DNA of 64,000 nt from an uncultured bacterium (GCA_963729625.1 CAVSOU010000008.1:416001-480000); one strand, 5' to 3'. Counted from the stretch's first letter, positions 1 to 10,887 are shown. Notes: generated by a model not told the origin, from the sequence alone. Translations and numbers: made by a program.

Positions 1-381
1 GACACCACCAGAAGCGAGCAGCTGGCGATGGCGGCGGTCATGGCGGCCGAGGAGTCCCTGGGCTACCAGCCGCGGAGCGTGGCGGCGGACAAGTGCGGCT
101 ACGACGTCGAGTCCCGCGTGCCGAGCACCGGCCGCCTTCGCTTCATCGAGGTCAAGGGTCGGGCGGCGGGCGCCACGACCGTCACGCTCACCCGCAACGA
201 GATCCTGACCGCGCTCAACAAGCCAGACGACTTCATCCTGGCAGTGGTCGAGATCGATGGCGACACGGCGCGCGCGCCTCGGTACATTCGTCAACCATTC
301 CATCGCGAGCCCGATTTCAGCGCCACGAGTGTGAACTACAGTTTGGCTGAGTTGCTGCAACTTGGGGCGCTGCCAGGCTAG
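1..381 (+). CDS. C-terminal DUF3883 (PD-(D/E)XK-like) domain, probably the end of an SNF2-type helicase; 5'-truncated by window edge
   Basis: Frame open from base 1; motif GYDVES...RFIEVKGR...VTLTRNE typical of DUF3883. Confidence 0.8.
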   Translation, partial: DTTRSEQLAMAAVMAAEESLGYQPRSVAADKCGYDVESRVPSTGRLRFIEVKGRAAGATTVTLTRNEILTALNKPDDFILAVVEIDGDTARAPRYIRQPFHREPDFSATSVNYSLAELLQLGALPG

Positions 382-390
382 TCAGACCTG

Positions 391-419
391 TTGACTTCGG
401 CTAACACCCGTGCTAATCT
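391..419 (+). promoter_or_regulatory. Sigma70-type promoter of LacI-family gene
   Basis: TTGACT (391-396), 17 bp, TAATCT (414-419) preceded by TG (extended -10). Confidence 0.65.
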
Positions 420-427
420 GGTTAAGC

Positions 428-452
428 AAATCGATTTAGTAAACCGTTTACT
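428..452. promoter_or_regulatory. Two adjacent palindromic LacI-type operators
   Basis: AAATCGATTT (428-437) and AGTAAAC-C-GTTTACT (438-452) directly downstream of the -10 box. Confidence 0.6.
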
Positions 453-471
453 GGTCCGGCGGAGGGTGCCT

Positions 472-1533
472 GTGCCTACGATTGGCGATGTCGCCCGGAA
501 GGCCGGCGTATCTCGAACGGCTGTTTCGTTTGCCTTCAATGATCCCTCGCGCATCGCGAAAGGGACGCATGAGCGTATCCTGGCTATTGCCGACGAGCTC
601 GGATACTACCCCAATCCCATCGCCCGTTCCTTGACCGGCAAGCACGTCGGCGTGTTGGGTCTGCTGATCCCTCAGCGCACGGCCAAGCTCTTCGCGAATC
701 CCTTCTTCGCCGACCTTCTGCGTGGCATCGGCCACATCTGCGACCGCCACGACTACTCTGTATTGCTGGTGCCACCAATGCAGGGCTCGCTTACCTATGC
801 GCTCCGCCGTGCGGTTGTCGACGGCTTCGTGGTAGTCGGACTGGACGAGGATCACCCGGCAATCAGCATGCTGCTGCGGCGAAAACTTCCCTTCGTGACC
901 ATCGACGGCCCTGCGCTGCCTGGAATTTCGGCCGTGAATATCGACGAGGAAGACGGCGCGAGCCAGGCTGCTCGCCATCTGCTCGAGCTTGGGCATCGGG
1001 ACGTGCTCACGGTGGTTATTCGACCGGCACAAGGGGAGAACTACGGCGATGCCGTGCATCCCCTCTCCTCTGTCGCCGCCCGACGACTGTCGGGATACCG
1101 AACGGCATTCGAGCAGGCCGGCGTGCCATTCCCCGAGGATCTGGTGATTCCTGCCGACTCGACGCACGAGGGAGGCTTCCAGGCGCTGCGCACCGTTTGG
1201 CTGGCCGGCGGCCGGCCCACGGCGGTGCTGGCGATGAGCGATATCATGGCCCTCGGCACGATCGACGCAGCGCGGAGCCTGGATCTTTCCGTTCCTAACC
1301 ATATTTCCGTCGTGGGGTTTGACGATTGCCAGCTCGCCCAGTGGACACGCCCGCCGCTGACCACGGTGCGCCAGCCCGGACTGGACAAGGGTATGCGCGC
1401 CGCTCGCCTGCTGATCGAGAACCAGATCGGTAACGAAGCGTTCGAACACCAGGTGTTGCCCGCCACGCTGATCGTTCGCGGCACCACGGCGCCGCCGCCC
1501 AGCAATCTCTTGAAGACCACCCATCCAATCTAA
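472..1533 (+). CDS. LacI-family transcriptional regulator
   Basis: PTIGDVARKAGVSRTAVS HTH, sugar-binding domain, PPLTTVRQP; GTG start at 472 after GGAGG. Confidence 0.93.
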   Translation: MPTIGDVARKAGVSRTAVSFAFNDPSRIAKGTHERILAIADELGYYPNPIARSLTGKHVGVLGLLIPQRTAKLFANPFFADLLRGIGHICDRHDYSVLLVPPMQGSLTYALRRAVVDGFVVVGLDEDHPAISMLLRRKLPFVTIDGPALPGISAVNIDEEDGASQAARHLLELGHRDVLTVVIRPAQGENYGDAVHPLSSVAARRLSGYRTAFEQAGVPFPEDLVIPADSTHEGGFQALRTVWLAGGRPTAVLAMSDIMALGTIDAARSLDLSVPNHISVVGFDDCQLAQWTRPPLTTVRQPGLDKGMRAARLLIENQIGNEAFEHQVLPATLIVRGTTAPPPSNLLKTTHPI

Positions 1534-1647
1534 TTCGCCATGCTCGTAGACCCGCCGAGCCCAGGACTTGGCCGCGCATGAAATCGCTGCCGGCCGGTGA
1601 TAGAATGAAGACGCCGAGCGCCGGCTGTTGGGAGGTGAGAACAGGCA

Positions 1648-1850
1648 ATGGCACTCTCGTGGCGCAAGCCCCCACTGACGCAGGCTGAAGAAGACGACCT
1701 CTTGATGCCGACGCTGGAGGACGATACAGAGGATGCTCCCTGGATGGTCATGGGCGATTTGCTGTTCGACGCGGCCAGCGGCTTCAAGCACAGCCTGCGG
1801 GAATATGCACGCGCCCACGAACTGGTCTGATTCGTGGCCGTTTCACCGCG
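1648..1850 (+). pseudogene. Truncated N-terminal remnant resembling Uma2-family endonuclease
   Basis: Good RBS (GGAGG) and 60 aa ORF MPTLEDDTEDAPWMVMGD; TGA where W-FVA would continue; no C-terminal part. Confidence 0.4.
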
Positions 1851-1899
1851 TCCTCTACTTCTACACGTCCACCCGTACCGTCCCTGGCGACACCGCCTC

Positions 1900-4363
1900 A
1901 TGCGCACGGCTCTCATGCTGCTGTGCCTGGGCGCGGGCGCGCCTGGCGCGGCGCGAGCCGGCGTCGCTCTTTCCGTTGCCGCCCCAGGCAGCCCCGGCGT
2001 AACGCCATACTGGGCAATCGGCAGGAAGGACGGCGTGGGCAGCGCCTTCGGCACTGCCTCAAACGTCTGGTATACGCTTGCGGCCGGCCAGATGACTGAG
2101 GTGTTCTACCCCACTACCGATACGCCGGACGTCACGTCACTTTCCTTCATCGTCACGGACGGCAAAACGTTCGCCGACCGGCAGGCCGTCGACACGCCCT
2201 GCGTCACGAGCCACCCCGATCCGCGGTCAGAGCAGTACGTCGTCACCTGCGACGACCGGCTTCATCTGTACACCCTGACCACAACCTACCTCTCGGACCC
2301 GCGGCGGCCGACCGTGCTCATCCATCTGCGCCTCAGCCGGCCGGCTGGAGCGCATGTGCCGTTGCGCGTCTACGTACGCTACGACCCCGCGCTGAACGGC
2401 AACGGCACTCACGACAGCGGCCGTGTCGCCGGCTCTGTGCTGCTGGCCCACGACGATACCGGCCACTATGGCCCTGTAGCCTCGGCGTTGCTCGGCAGCC
2501 CGCCGCTTGTCGCCGGAACCACAGGCTACGCCGGCACTGCAAGTGATCCAGCGCTCTCGTTCCGCGCGAATTATGTGTCCGGCGCGGCATATGCCTCGGC
2601 TGGGCCGGGCAATATCGTGCAGGGAGCGTACCTGGGGCTGCGGAAAGACGGCACCGCCGACCTCGGCCTGGGCTTCGCGGCGTCAGAGGCTGTCGCCGCG
2701 CGGACAGCCGGCGCCGGCCTCTCGCAGCCGTTTGGCGCCACCGAAGCAGTTCTTCACCGCCGCATGGCGCCGCTATGCCGCCGGCCTGCATCAGCCCGAT
2801 GGCCGGTTCAGCCAGGCTGAACGCGATCAGTATTTCGATGCCGCGCTGGCGCTCAAAGCGTCCGAGGACAAGCGGTTCCCCGGCGCCATCGTGGCCTCGC
2901 TGAGCACGCCATGGGGCCAGTCGGTCGCCGCGGACCAGAACAGCGGACAGGGCTACCACCGGGTCTGGAGCCGCGATTTGTACGAGATGGCTACCGGCTT
3001 CGCCGCGGCAGGCGATTCGGCCACGGCGCACGACATCCTGCGCTATATGCTCACGACCCTGGTAGGGCCAGATGGCAGCGTGCCGCAGGACGCTTTGGTC
3101 GATGGGGATCCCGTCGAAAGCGGCATACAGCTGGACGAGGTCGCCTACCCTTTGATTCTGGCCTGGAGCTTGGGCGTGGACGATCGCGCCACCTATGTGG
3201 ATCGGCTGCGCCCGCTCGCCGACTATTTGGTGGGCAAGGGCCCAAGTACCGACCAGGAGCGCTGGGAAGAAGATCCCGGCTACTCGCCCTCGACCATCGC
3301 GGCCGAGATAGCGGGCCTGGTGGCCGCTGCCGAGTTCGCCGAGAAGAACGGCGACGCGGCGCGCGCGCTGGTCTATCGCGCCGTGGCCGACGAGTGGCAG
3401 CGGAGCGTGAAGGCCTGGACGATCACGTCGACCGGCCCTCTGGCACGCCATCCATACTTTATTCGTCTTGACGACAACACCAATCCGAACGACGGCGGGT
3501 TCTTGCAGATTGCCGGTAGTACCGCGCGAGACGAGCGATCGGTGGTCGATGCCGGTTTCCTGGAGCTTGCGCGGTTGGGCGTGCTCGCGCCCGACGACAA
3601 GGACGTCATTGCATCGCTCGCCGTCGTCGATTCGGCGATCAGAGTCGTGACTGCCAACGGCCCGGCCTGGTACCGCTACAACCACGACACCTACGGTGAT
3701 GCGGCGAACGGCGCCCCCTGGAACTCCAACGCGCTGCAGGGTGAGGGACATCCCTGGCCGGTGCTTGGCGGCGAGCGCGGCGAGTACGACCTGAGCGAAG
3801 GCCGCGTACTGGAGGCCCGTGCCGCGCTGCAGACGATGCAGCGTTTCGCCACAGTCACGGGTCTTATCCCGGAGCAGATATGGGAGAGGAAGTCGGTGCC
3901 GCCCTCTCCTGCCGGCACGCCACCCCTCACAGCGTCCATCGGTATGGCTGCTGGGCGACCAGATGGATCCGCTACGCCGCTTAACTGGGCGCTGGGACAG
4001 TATCTCCGTCTGCTGATGGATATCCAGTCCGGGGCATTGCTCGACCAACCCGCCGTCACTCGTGACCGCTACGTGACGCATCCGGTCAAGCAGGCGCGCC
4101 TGGCCGTCATATCTCCCAGCGCGGATATCGCGGGCAACACGGCGCGGAGCCTCGTCCTCCAGGGTACTGCCGCACCGGGGGCCCATGTTGCCGTTCTCGT
4201 GACCAGCACGCAAAACGCCGCCATGTTCAGTACGACGGCAGATACCGGCGGCACATTCAGCCTTCGCATTGCCATACCGACCGCCTTTGTGACGCGACTG
4301 AATGTAGCCACGCAGGATTCAGCCGGCAATACCGCGCTGGTGGTGCGCAGAATCCGGCAGTGA
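1900..4363 (+). CDS. Secreted glucoamylase/glucodextranase (GH15), split by one frameshift near 2750
   Basis: Signal peptide and glucodextranase N domain (VWYTLAAGQMTEVFYP) in frame 1; GH15 motifs YHRVWSRDLY, QLDEVAYP, QERWEE, PEQIW in frame 2. Confidence 0.88.
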
Positions 4364-4495
4364 GGCGGGCTGCCGACTGGTCAATCGAGAAGGCTATGCC
4401 GGCCTCTTGCGTCGACGTGGTCTGGGGGCAACGTAGCTGACATAACACGCGCCGGCCTGCTATTGTTAACAGTACGACACTAAGGAGGCGGCTGG

Positions 4496-6664
4496 ATGAG
4501 TACTGACGTGGGGTTGGGGAGCGGTGATGTGGGCGTGAAGGACCCCCCTGAAGCCGCCGTGGCGCTTGATTCGGCCGCCCCGCCCGTCAATGATGAGGCT
4601 CCGCGCTACATCAACCGGGAACTGAGCTGGCTCGATTTCAACCGGCGCGTCCTGGAGAATGCTGCCGATCTCAGGCATCCGTTGTTGGAACGAGTCAAGT
4701 TTCTCTCCATCTTTAACTCGAACCTCGACGAGTTCTTCATGATTCGGGTTTCCGGCCTCAAGGAGCAGATCCAGGCTGGATTGAGCGAAGAGGGCCCGGA
4801 CGGCCTTACGGTCAGCGAGCAGTTACGCGAGATCCGCAAGGTGATTACGCAGGACGTCGCGGAGCAGCGACGGTTGTTCTCTCTGGATCTGCTTCCGCTA
4901 TTAGCTGAGCAAGGCATTCGCGTTGTCGATTATGTCGAGCTACAGGATCATGAGCGCGACACGCTGAGAGACTATTTCGAGCGCGAGGTTTTCCCGATAT
5001 TGACGCCGCTGGCATTCGATCCGGGGCATCCATTTCCGCACATCTCAAACCTCAGCCTGAACCTGGCCGTCACCGTGTCCAATCCCGAGGAGGGTGAGCG
5101 TTTCGCCCGGGTGAAGATGCCCGACATGCTGCCGCGTCTGGTGCCGACGCAGTCACCGGGATCGGACAGCCTGCTGGCGGGCACGCCCAGGCAGCCACAG
5201 AACCTCGTCTGGCTCGAGCAACTGGTTGCCGCAAACCTGGAGAAGCTCTTTCCCGGCCTCGAGGTGACGGAATCGTATGCCTTCAGAGTGATTCGCGATG
5301 CCGATATCGAAATCCAGGAAGACGAGGCCGCGGATCTGTCGCGGACCATCGAGGCCAGCTTGCTCGAGCGGCGATTCGGCTCCGTGGTGCAACTCACAGT
5401 GGATAGCGCCATGCCGCAGCGCCTGCGCAGCCTGCTTATGAGCAATCTGCAGATTGGCCCGGACGACATCTATGCCGAAGACGGCCCGCTGGGCTTGGCT
5501 GATGTCCGCCAGCTTTTGAAGATAGACCGGCCGGATCTCAAGGATGCACCATTCGCGCCGCGCGTGCCGGCCACGTTGCGCACGTCTGGTGAAGATTTCT
5601 TTGCCGTGCTGCGAAGTCAGGATGTGTTTCTGCATCACCCGTATGACTCCTTCACGCCGGTCATCGATTTCCTCCAGACGGCAGCCCACGATCCCCAGGT
5701 GCTGGCCATCAAGCAAACGCTCTACCGCGTGGGGAGCCACGCGCCTGTAGTTGCGTCTCTGATGGATGCGGCAGCGCAGGGCAAGCAGGTCGCGGTGCTC
5801 GTCGAGCTGAAGGCTCGATGGGATGAAGAGAACAATCTTGAGTGGGCGCGAGCGCTTGAGAAAGCGGGCGTGCATGTCGCTTATGGCATGTTGGGGTTGA
5901 AGACGCACGCCAAGATTGCCCTGGTTGTGCGCAAGGAGCCGGACGGTATCCGTCGCTACGTGCACCTTGGCACCGGCAACTATAATTCGACCACCGCGCG
6001 CCTGTACACCGACATGGGACTCATGACCTCTCGACCGGAGATCGGCGCCGATGCCACGGAGCTTTTCAACTACCTGACTGGATACTCGACGCAGTCGACC
6101 TTCCGCAAGTTGCTCGTGGGGCCGGTAAGCTTGCGGTCAAGCCTGCTCGAGCGGATCGACCGTGAAATCGAGAGCCACGTGAAGCATGGCGATGGACGGT
6201 TGATCTTCAAGATGAACTCGTTGGTCGACCGTGCTATGATCAAGGCGATTTACCGTGCTGCTCAGGCAGGCGTGCGCGTCGATCTGCTGATACGCGGGGT
6301 CTGCTGCTTGCGTCCGGGCGTGCCGGGCATCAGCGATGGCGTGCGGGTCACCAGCGTTGTCGGTAGGTATCTCGAGCACAGTCGTATCTACTACTTTCAT
6401 AACGGCGGGGATGAGGAGATTTACCTGGGCAGCGCCGACCTCATGCCGCGCAACCTGGACCGCAGGGTTGAGGTGTTGTTCCCCATCGATGATCCCAGCT
6501 TGCGCGCGTACCTGCGAAACGACGTACTCGAGGCATGCATGCACGACACCGTTAATGCCCGCGAGTTACGCGCCGACGGCACGTATGTGCGCGTGCGGCC
6601 CGTGCCCGGCGAACAGCCGTTCGACAGCCAGGCATACTTCATGCTGCAGCCAAAAACGGTGTAG
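4496..6664 (+). CDS. ppk1: Polyphosphate kinase 1
   Basis: YINRELSWLDFNRRVL, NLDEFFMIRV, LHHPYDSF, LKTHAK, GSADLMPRNLDRRVE. Confidence 0.97.
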   Translation: MSTDVGLGSGDVGVKDPPEAAVALDSAAPPVNDEAPRYINRELSWLDFNRRVLENAADLRHPLLERVKFLSIFNSNLDEFFMIRVSGLKEQIQAGLSEEGPDGLTVSEQLREIRKVITQDVAEQRRLFSLDLLPLLAEQGIRVVDYVELQDHERDTLRDYFEREVFPILTPLAFDPGHPFPHISNLSLNLAVTVSNPEEGERFARVKMPDMLPRLVPTQSPGSDSLLAGTPRQPQNLVWLEQLVAANLEKLFPGLEVTESYAFRVIRDADIEIQEDEAADLSRTIEASLLERRFGSVVQLTVDSAMPQRLRSLLMSNLQIGPDDIYAEDGPLGLADVRQLLKIDRPDLKDAPFAPRVPATLRTSGEDFFAVLRSQDVFLHHPYDSFTPVIDFLQTAAHDPQVLAIKQTLYRVGSHAPVVASLMDAAAQGKQVAVLVELKARWDEENNLEWARALEKAGVHVAYGMLGLKTHAKIALVVRKEPDGIRRYVHLGTGNYNSTTARLYTDMGLMTSRPEIGADATELFNYLTGYSTQSTFRKLLVGPVSLRSSLLERIDREIESHVKHGDGRLIFKMNSLVDRAMIKAIYRAAQAGVRVDLLIRGVCCLRPGVPGISDGVRVTSVVGRYLEHSRIYYFHNGGDEEIYLGSADLMPRNLDRRVEVLFPIDDPSLRAYLRNDVLEACMHDTVNARELRADGTYVRVRPVPGEQPFDSQAYFMLQPKTV

Positions 6665-6732
6665 CCGGAAACGACCTGGTCCGGCGCAATGCCTGGGATC
6701 CACTCTGCCGCGGCTGGAGGCTCATTTTCACC

Positions 6733-7854
6733 TCAGGTATGCACGAAGAACGCCACGGCCAGTATGGCGTAGATCGCCAGCAATTGCGCGCCCTCCAGCC
6801 AGGTGCTCTCGCCATCGGCGATGAGCAGGTTCGCCAGGCTCACGGAAATGATCACGGCGGCCACTTCAAAGGTATCGAACAGCAGGTCCAGAGGATGCCC
6901 GATGAGCGATCCCGCGATCACCAACACCGGCGCCACGAACAAGGCGATCTGCGTCGCGCTGCCAAGCGCAATGGTCAGTGCGAGATCCATCTGGTCGTGG
7001 ATGGCCGCGCTCACCGCGCTGGTGTGCTCGGCTGCGTTGCCGAGCAGCGCGATCAGGATCACACCCACAAACATTTGCGTCCAGCCCAGATGCACCGTGA
7101 CGCCCTTGACTCCGTCGACGAGCAGTTCCGACAAAACGGCCACGACCACAGTGGAGATAAGCAAGACGATCACTGCCCGCTGCACACTCCAGCTGCTCCC
7201 ATGCAGCTCCTTGACTTGTTCTTCAGTAAAGAGGTGGGCGTGCGTCCGTAACGTGAAGAAGAGGCCGGCAGTGTAGGCAACGATGAGTACAATCGCAGTC
7301 AATGTGCTCAGATGGCTCATCGTGAGGCTGGAGACCGGAGAGGTTGCCGCCAGTACAGCTGGGACCAGGAGAGCACCGCCCGCGAGAGTCAATTGCGCCC
7401 CGGCCGCGCTCGCGGCCGTGCGGTTGAAATACTGCCGTTCACGATTCCAGCCGCCCATAAGAAAAGAGAACCCGAGCACGACCAGAATGTTGCCCAAAAT
7501 CGAGCCGACCAAAGAGGCTTTAACCACCTCATACAGGCCGGCCCGCAGCGCGAAGACGCCGATGATCAGCTCGGTAGCGTTGCCGAACGTCGCGTTCAGC
7601 AGGCCGCCCGCGGCCGGCCCGACAGAGCCCGCCAATTCCTCGGTGGACACGCCGATGTATCGCGCCAGAGGCACGATGGCGAAGCCGCTGGCAAAGAAGA
7701 GCACCGCGGGGCTCCAATGAAGTACCTCTGCGAGTATCGCCAGCGGCGCGCCAATGAGCAGGGCATCGAGCGGATGGAACCGCCACCTTGCGGCCGTGAG
7801 CGGCGGCAACACTGGGGGACGATGGTTGCTCTGCTCCTCAGGCGCGGTGTCCAC
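6733..7854 (-). CDS. Ca2+/H+ antiporter (CAX/ChaA family)
   Basis: GGLLNATFGNATELII and GNAAEH alpha-repeat motifs, about 11 TM helices; GTG start after AAGGA. Confidence 0.93.
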   Translation of the reverse strand: MDTAPEEQSNHRPPVLPPLTAARWRFHPLDALLIGAPLAILAEVLHWSPAVLFFASGFAIVPLARYIGVSTEELAGSVGPAAGGLLNATFGNATELIIGVFALRAGLYEVVKASLVGSILGNILVVLGFSFLMGGWNRERQYFNRTAASAAGAQLTLAGGALLVPAVLAATSPVSSLTMSHLSTLTAIVLIVAYTAGLFFTLRTHAHLFTEEQVKELHGSSWSVQRAVIVLLISTVVVAVLSELLVDGVKGVTVHLGWTQMFVGVILIALLGNAAEHTSAVSAAIHDQMDLALTIALGSATQIALFVAPVLVIAGSLIGHPLDLLFDTFEVAAVIISVSLANLLIADGESTWLEGAQLLAIYAILAVAFFVHT

Positions 7855-8013
7855 GCCGGTGATTCCTTCCTTGGGCAGGCGGAAAAGACACGCCCCAATC
7901 ACTCTCATCCGGATCGTGCCCGGAGGGAGGTGGGCATAGCATTGCCCCGGATCTAACTATAGGGGATCTGCCGCCACGAGGCCCACGCAGGTATGCGGCT
8001 GCGCGCCGTGCAG

Positions 8014-8042
8014 TTGACACTTAGTACCACCGGCAGTACTAT
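8014..8042 (+). promoter_or_regulatory. hicAB promoter with overlapping inverted-repeat operator
   Basis: TTGACA (8014-8019), 17 bp, TACTAT (8037-8042); TAGTAC...GTACTA inverted repeat 8022-8041. Confidence 0.75.
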
Positions 8043-8071
8043 GGCAGCGTGGACGAAAGCAACGCGGACAC

Positions 8072-8305
8072 ATGAGTCAGCGAGAGAAGCTCATTGCACG
8101 AATCCGCCAACGGCCTCCCCAGGCGGAGTTTTCCGACGTGGAGCACTTACTCGAGTTGTTTGGCTGGACATGTGCTCGCAAGAAAGGAAGCCACAGAGCA
8201 TTCACGAAATCTGGGCAGCGCACTATCGTAGTCCCTATTAAGAGCGGGAAGGTGGCACGCGTCTACCTCGATCGGCTCTGCGATCGGCTTGGTCTGGACG
8301 ACTAG
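8072..8305 (+). CDS. hicA: HicA-family toxin
   Basis: 77 aa basic protein with GSH motif (KKGSHRAF) upstream of HicB. Confidence 0.88.
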   Translation: MSQREKLIARIRQRPPQAEFSDVEHLLELFGWTCARKKGSHRAFTKSGQRTIVVPIKSGKVARVYLDRLCDRLGLDD

Positions 8306-8331
8306 GAATCGTCACTACGGAGAAACCCACC

Positions 8332-8859
8332 ATGGCAACCTCTTTTTCTACGCTTGAAGATTACCTCGCACGCGCATACCCGTTCACGGTGCATGCGGAC
8401 CCAGTAGGCGGTTATGTGGTTGTGTATCCGGACCTCCCGGGATGCATGACGCAAGTGGACACACTAGACGAAATCGGCGCGATGGCGGACGAAGCGCGTC
8501 GCCTGTGGATCGAAACCGAGTATGAGCAGGGCCATCAGATTCCCGAACCGTCCAAGCAAGAAGGTCCGAGCGGCAAGTTCGTTGTCCGTATGCCGCGATC
8601 ACTGCATCGCAGCTTGGTAGAAGCGGCCGCCCAGGAGAATGTGAGCCTCAACCAGTACGTTTGCACCGTTCTGGCACGCGGGGACGCGCAGGCGCGCGTC
8701 GAATCCAAACTCGATGCTGTCTGCTCGCCGTGGCACGCGCTTTTTCCAGCGCACCTGCCACAATTTCCTGAGCATACCATGCAGCAACTTGCCCACGTGC
8801 TCGAACTCGGGAGCAAGCCGGCCGCTTCTTCCTCTACCGAGGACCCACGCTCCACCTGA
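8332..8859 (+). CDS. hicB: HicB-family antitoxin (RHH C-terminal domain)
   Basis: YPDLPGCMTQ N domain and SGKFVVRMPRSLHRSL...ENVSLNQY RHH. Confidence 0.9.
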   Translation: MATSFSTLEDYLARAYPFTVHADPVGGYVVVYPDLPGCMTQVDTLDEIGAMADEARRLWIETEYEQGHQIPEPSKQEGPSGKFVVRMPRSLHRSLVEAAAQENVSLNQYVCTVLARGDAQARVESKLDAVCSPWHALFPAHLPQFPEHTMQQLAHVLELGSKPAASSSTEDPRST

Positions 8860-8998
8860 CACGGTCACCCAGCCACAATAGTGTGAGAACCGGTCGGTGC
8901 GGCACATATATCCGCCCTCACTGCCAGGGCAGGTGTAGTAACGCGCCCGGATAGGAGCCGATGCCAACCGGCAATCGGGGCGACAGTGCTACGATACA

Positions 8999-10171
8999 GT
9001 GGCGAGGAACGTTATCCAGGAGGACGATCGCTTGAGCGCGCCCGGCAATCTGCTGCTTATCTCCGAGAGCTTTCACAACGCCGACATGTACTACGCCATA
9101 GGCTTCCTCTTTGGCGATGCCGTCATGTACCTGCGGCATGCAACGGGAGAGACGCTGGTGTGCTCCAACTTCGAGCGCGACGAGGCCGCTCGACATGGCA
9201 AGATTCGCGAGGTGATTACGCCGGAGGATCTCGGCTATCTGGACCTTTCCAGGCAGGAAGCCAATCCGCACCGGGTTTACGCAGAGCTCGTGCTTCAGCT
9301 GTTGCGGCAGTACGGCGTCTCCGACGTGACCATCACCCCGGCAACGCCCGTACACGTGGTCGATCATCTGCGGGCCGCAGGGATCGCGGTCACCTGCGAT
9401 CCCGCGGCAGTCGAGGATGCGCGCGGGGTCAAGAACGGGGATGAGGTTGCTGCCATCGAGACGGCGCAACGCGCAACGGAGCAGGCGGTGCGGACGGCAG
9501 TCGATATCGTGGCGGGCAGCACGTCACAGGGCGGCGTGCTGACCCATGACGGTGCCGTTCTGACGTCGGAGCGGCTGCGCGCAATTGTGGACATTGCTTT
9601 GCTCGAGCAAGGCTGCTTCGGAGAGGGCACCATTATATCCTGCGGCACCGATTCTGCCTCCCCGCACAACCGCGGCGCCGGGCCGTTGCGGCCCAACCAA
9701 CCGATCATCATGGATGTTTTTCCACGCCATCGCGAGCTTCGCTACTTCGCGGACATGACCCGTACCGTGAGTAAGGGCGATCCAGGGCCGGAGATCTGTC
9801 ATATGTATGACGCGACTATCGCGGCGCAGGAGCTGGCGCTGAGACTGATTCGACCTGGCGCCAACGGCAGAGAGATCTACGAAGCGGTGTGCAAGCACTA
9901 TGAGGGGGCCGGGTACGCCACCTCCCTGCGCACCGGCGCCTTTCCGGCCAGCGGCTTCATCCATGGCCTGGGCCATGGAGTGGGACTGGAGGTACACGAG
10001 CGACCGAGCTTGAACAGAGCCGACGATGTGCTGGAGACCGGCCACGTGGTCACCGTCGAGCCGGGTCTCTACGATCAACGTGTCGGCGGCGTGCGGATAG
10101 AGGATTTCGTGGTCGTGACCGGGGACGGGTGTCGTAACCTCACACGATTCGAAAAGCGTCTGGTCTATTAA
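8999..10171 (+). CDS. Xaa-Pro peptidase family (M24B)
   Basis: YFADMTRT, HGLGHGVGLEVHE, VTVEPGLY, GVRIED. Confidence 0.93.
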   Translation: MARNVIQEDDRLSAPGNLLLISESFHNADMYYAIGFLFGDAVMYLRHATGETLVCSNFERDEAARHGKIREVITPEDLGYLDLSRQEANPHRVYAELVLQLLRQYGVSDVTITPATPVHVVDHLRAAGIAVTCDPAAVEDARGVKNGDEVAAIETAQRATEQAVRTAVDIVAGSTSQGGVLTHDGAVLTSERLRAIVDIALLEQGCFGEGTIISCGTDSASPHNRGAGPLRPNQPIIMDVFPRHRELRYFADMTRTVSKGDPGPEICHMYDATIAAQELALRLIRPGANGREIYEAVCKHYEGAGYATSLRTGAFPASGFIHGLGHGVGLEVHERPSLNRADDVLETGHVVTVEPGLYDQRVGGVRIEDFVVVTGDGCRNLTRFEKRLVY

Positions 10172-10174
10172 GCC

Positions 10175-10747
10175 GTGCTCAAGAAGCTGCTCACCTTTTA
10201 CTTCCGGAACATGCGCGTGGGTCCGGAACCGCATGCTAGCCGCAGGTTCGTGGCGGCCCGCCTCGACCGCGCTGCGTTACCGCGGACGGCGCTTACCCTG
10301 CTGACACTGCTCTGCGTGCTCGTGCTGATCTTCTTTTTGCACGAGTTGGTGCCATTGCTGATCATCATGTGCGCGCCAATCGTCGCCGTACCGGCCATGG
10401 CGTTTGCTGCATCGCCTCTAGGGTACGCCATAGACAACCGTGGGCTCTACGTAGAGCGAAAGGCGCTCAAGACCTTGAAGATCCCGCTCAGTCAAATCAC
10501 GAGCGTGCGCTATCTTCCGCGCCCTGCCCTCCAGGGGGCTATACGGATCTATGGAACGGGAGGGCTGTTCGGCTGGGCGGGCCGCTATCGAATCCCCGGC
10601 CTGGGTACCGTGTCCATGCACGCGACAAACCTGGACCGGCTGATCGTCATTCAACGACGCTATCGCAAGGCGATCGTGATCAGCCCTGCAGATTCCGAAG
10701 CCTTCCTAGCGGGCCTGCGGCAGCAGTACAAGACGATACAGCAGTAG
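10175..10747 (+). CDS. Membrane protein with bacterial PH domain
   Basis: Two TM helices, then RIYGTGGLFGWAG...VISP pattern. Confidence 0.7.
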   Translation: MLKKLLTFYFRNMRVGPEPHASRRFVAARLDRAALPRTALTLLTLLCVLVLIFFLHELVPLLIIMCAPIVAVPAMAFAASPLGYAIDNRGLYVERKALKTLKIPLSQITSVRYLPRPALQGAIRIYGTGGLFGWAGRYRIPGLGTVSMHATNLDRLIVIQRRYRKAIVISPADSEAFLAGLRQQYKTIQQ

Positions 10748-10887
10748 CCCAGCCCGACCGGCATCCCACGGGCCGATTCATGGACCGCCTGGATGGTTTC
10801 GCACGATACATCGCCCTGTCGTGCGCGGTGGTAGGATGGTTGAGGCAGAAACGTGAGCCGATTCCATCCTGTGAATGAGGTGGCCGG

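Noticed and set aside
2333-4213. Long antisense ORFs (also 448-1818, 15634-16692, 30460-32058, 54716-56155, 59115-60389)
   Set aside because: Shadow frames of well-supported genes in high-GC DNA with no recognisable motifs
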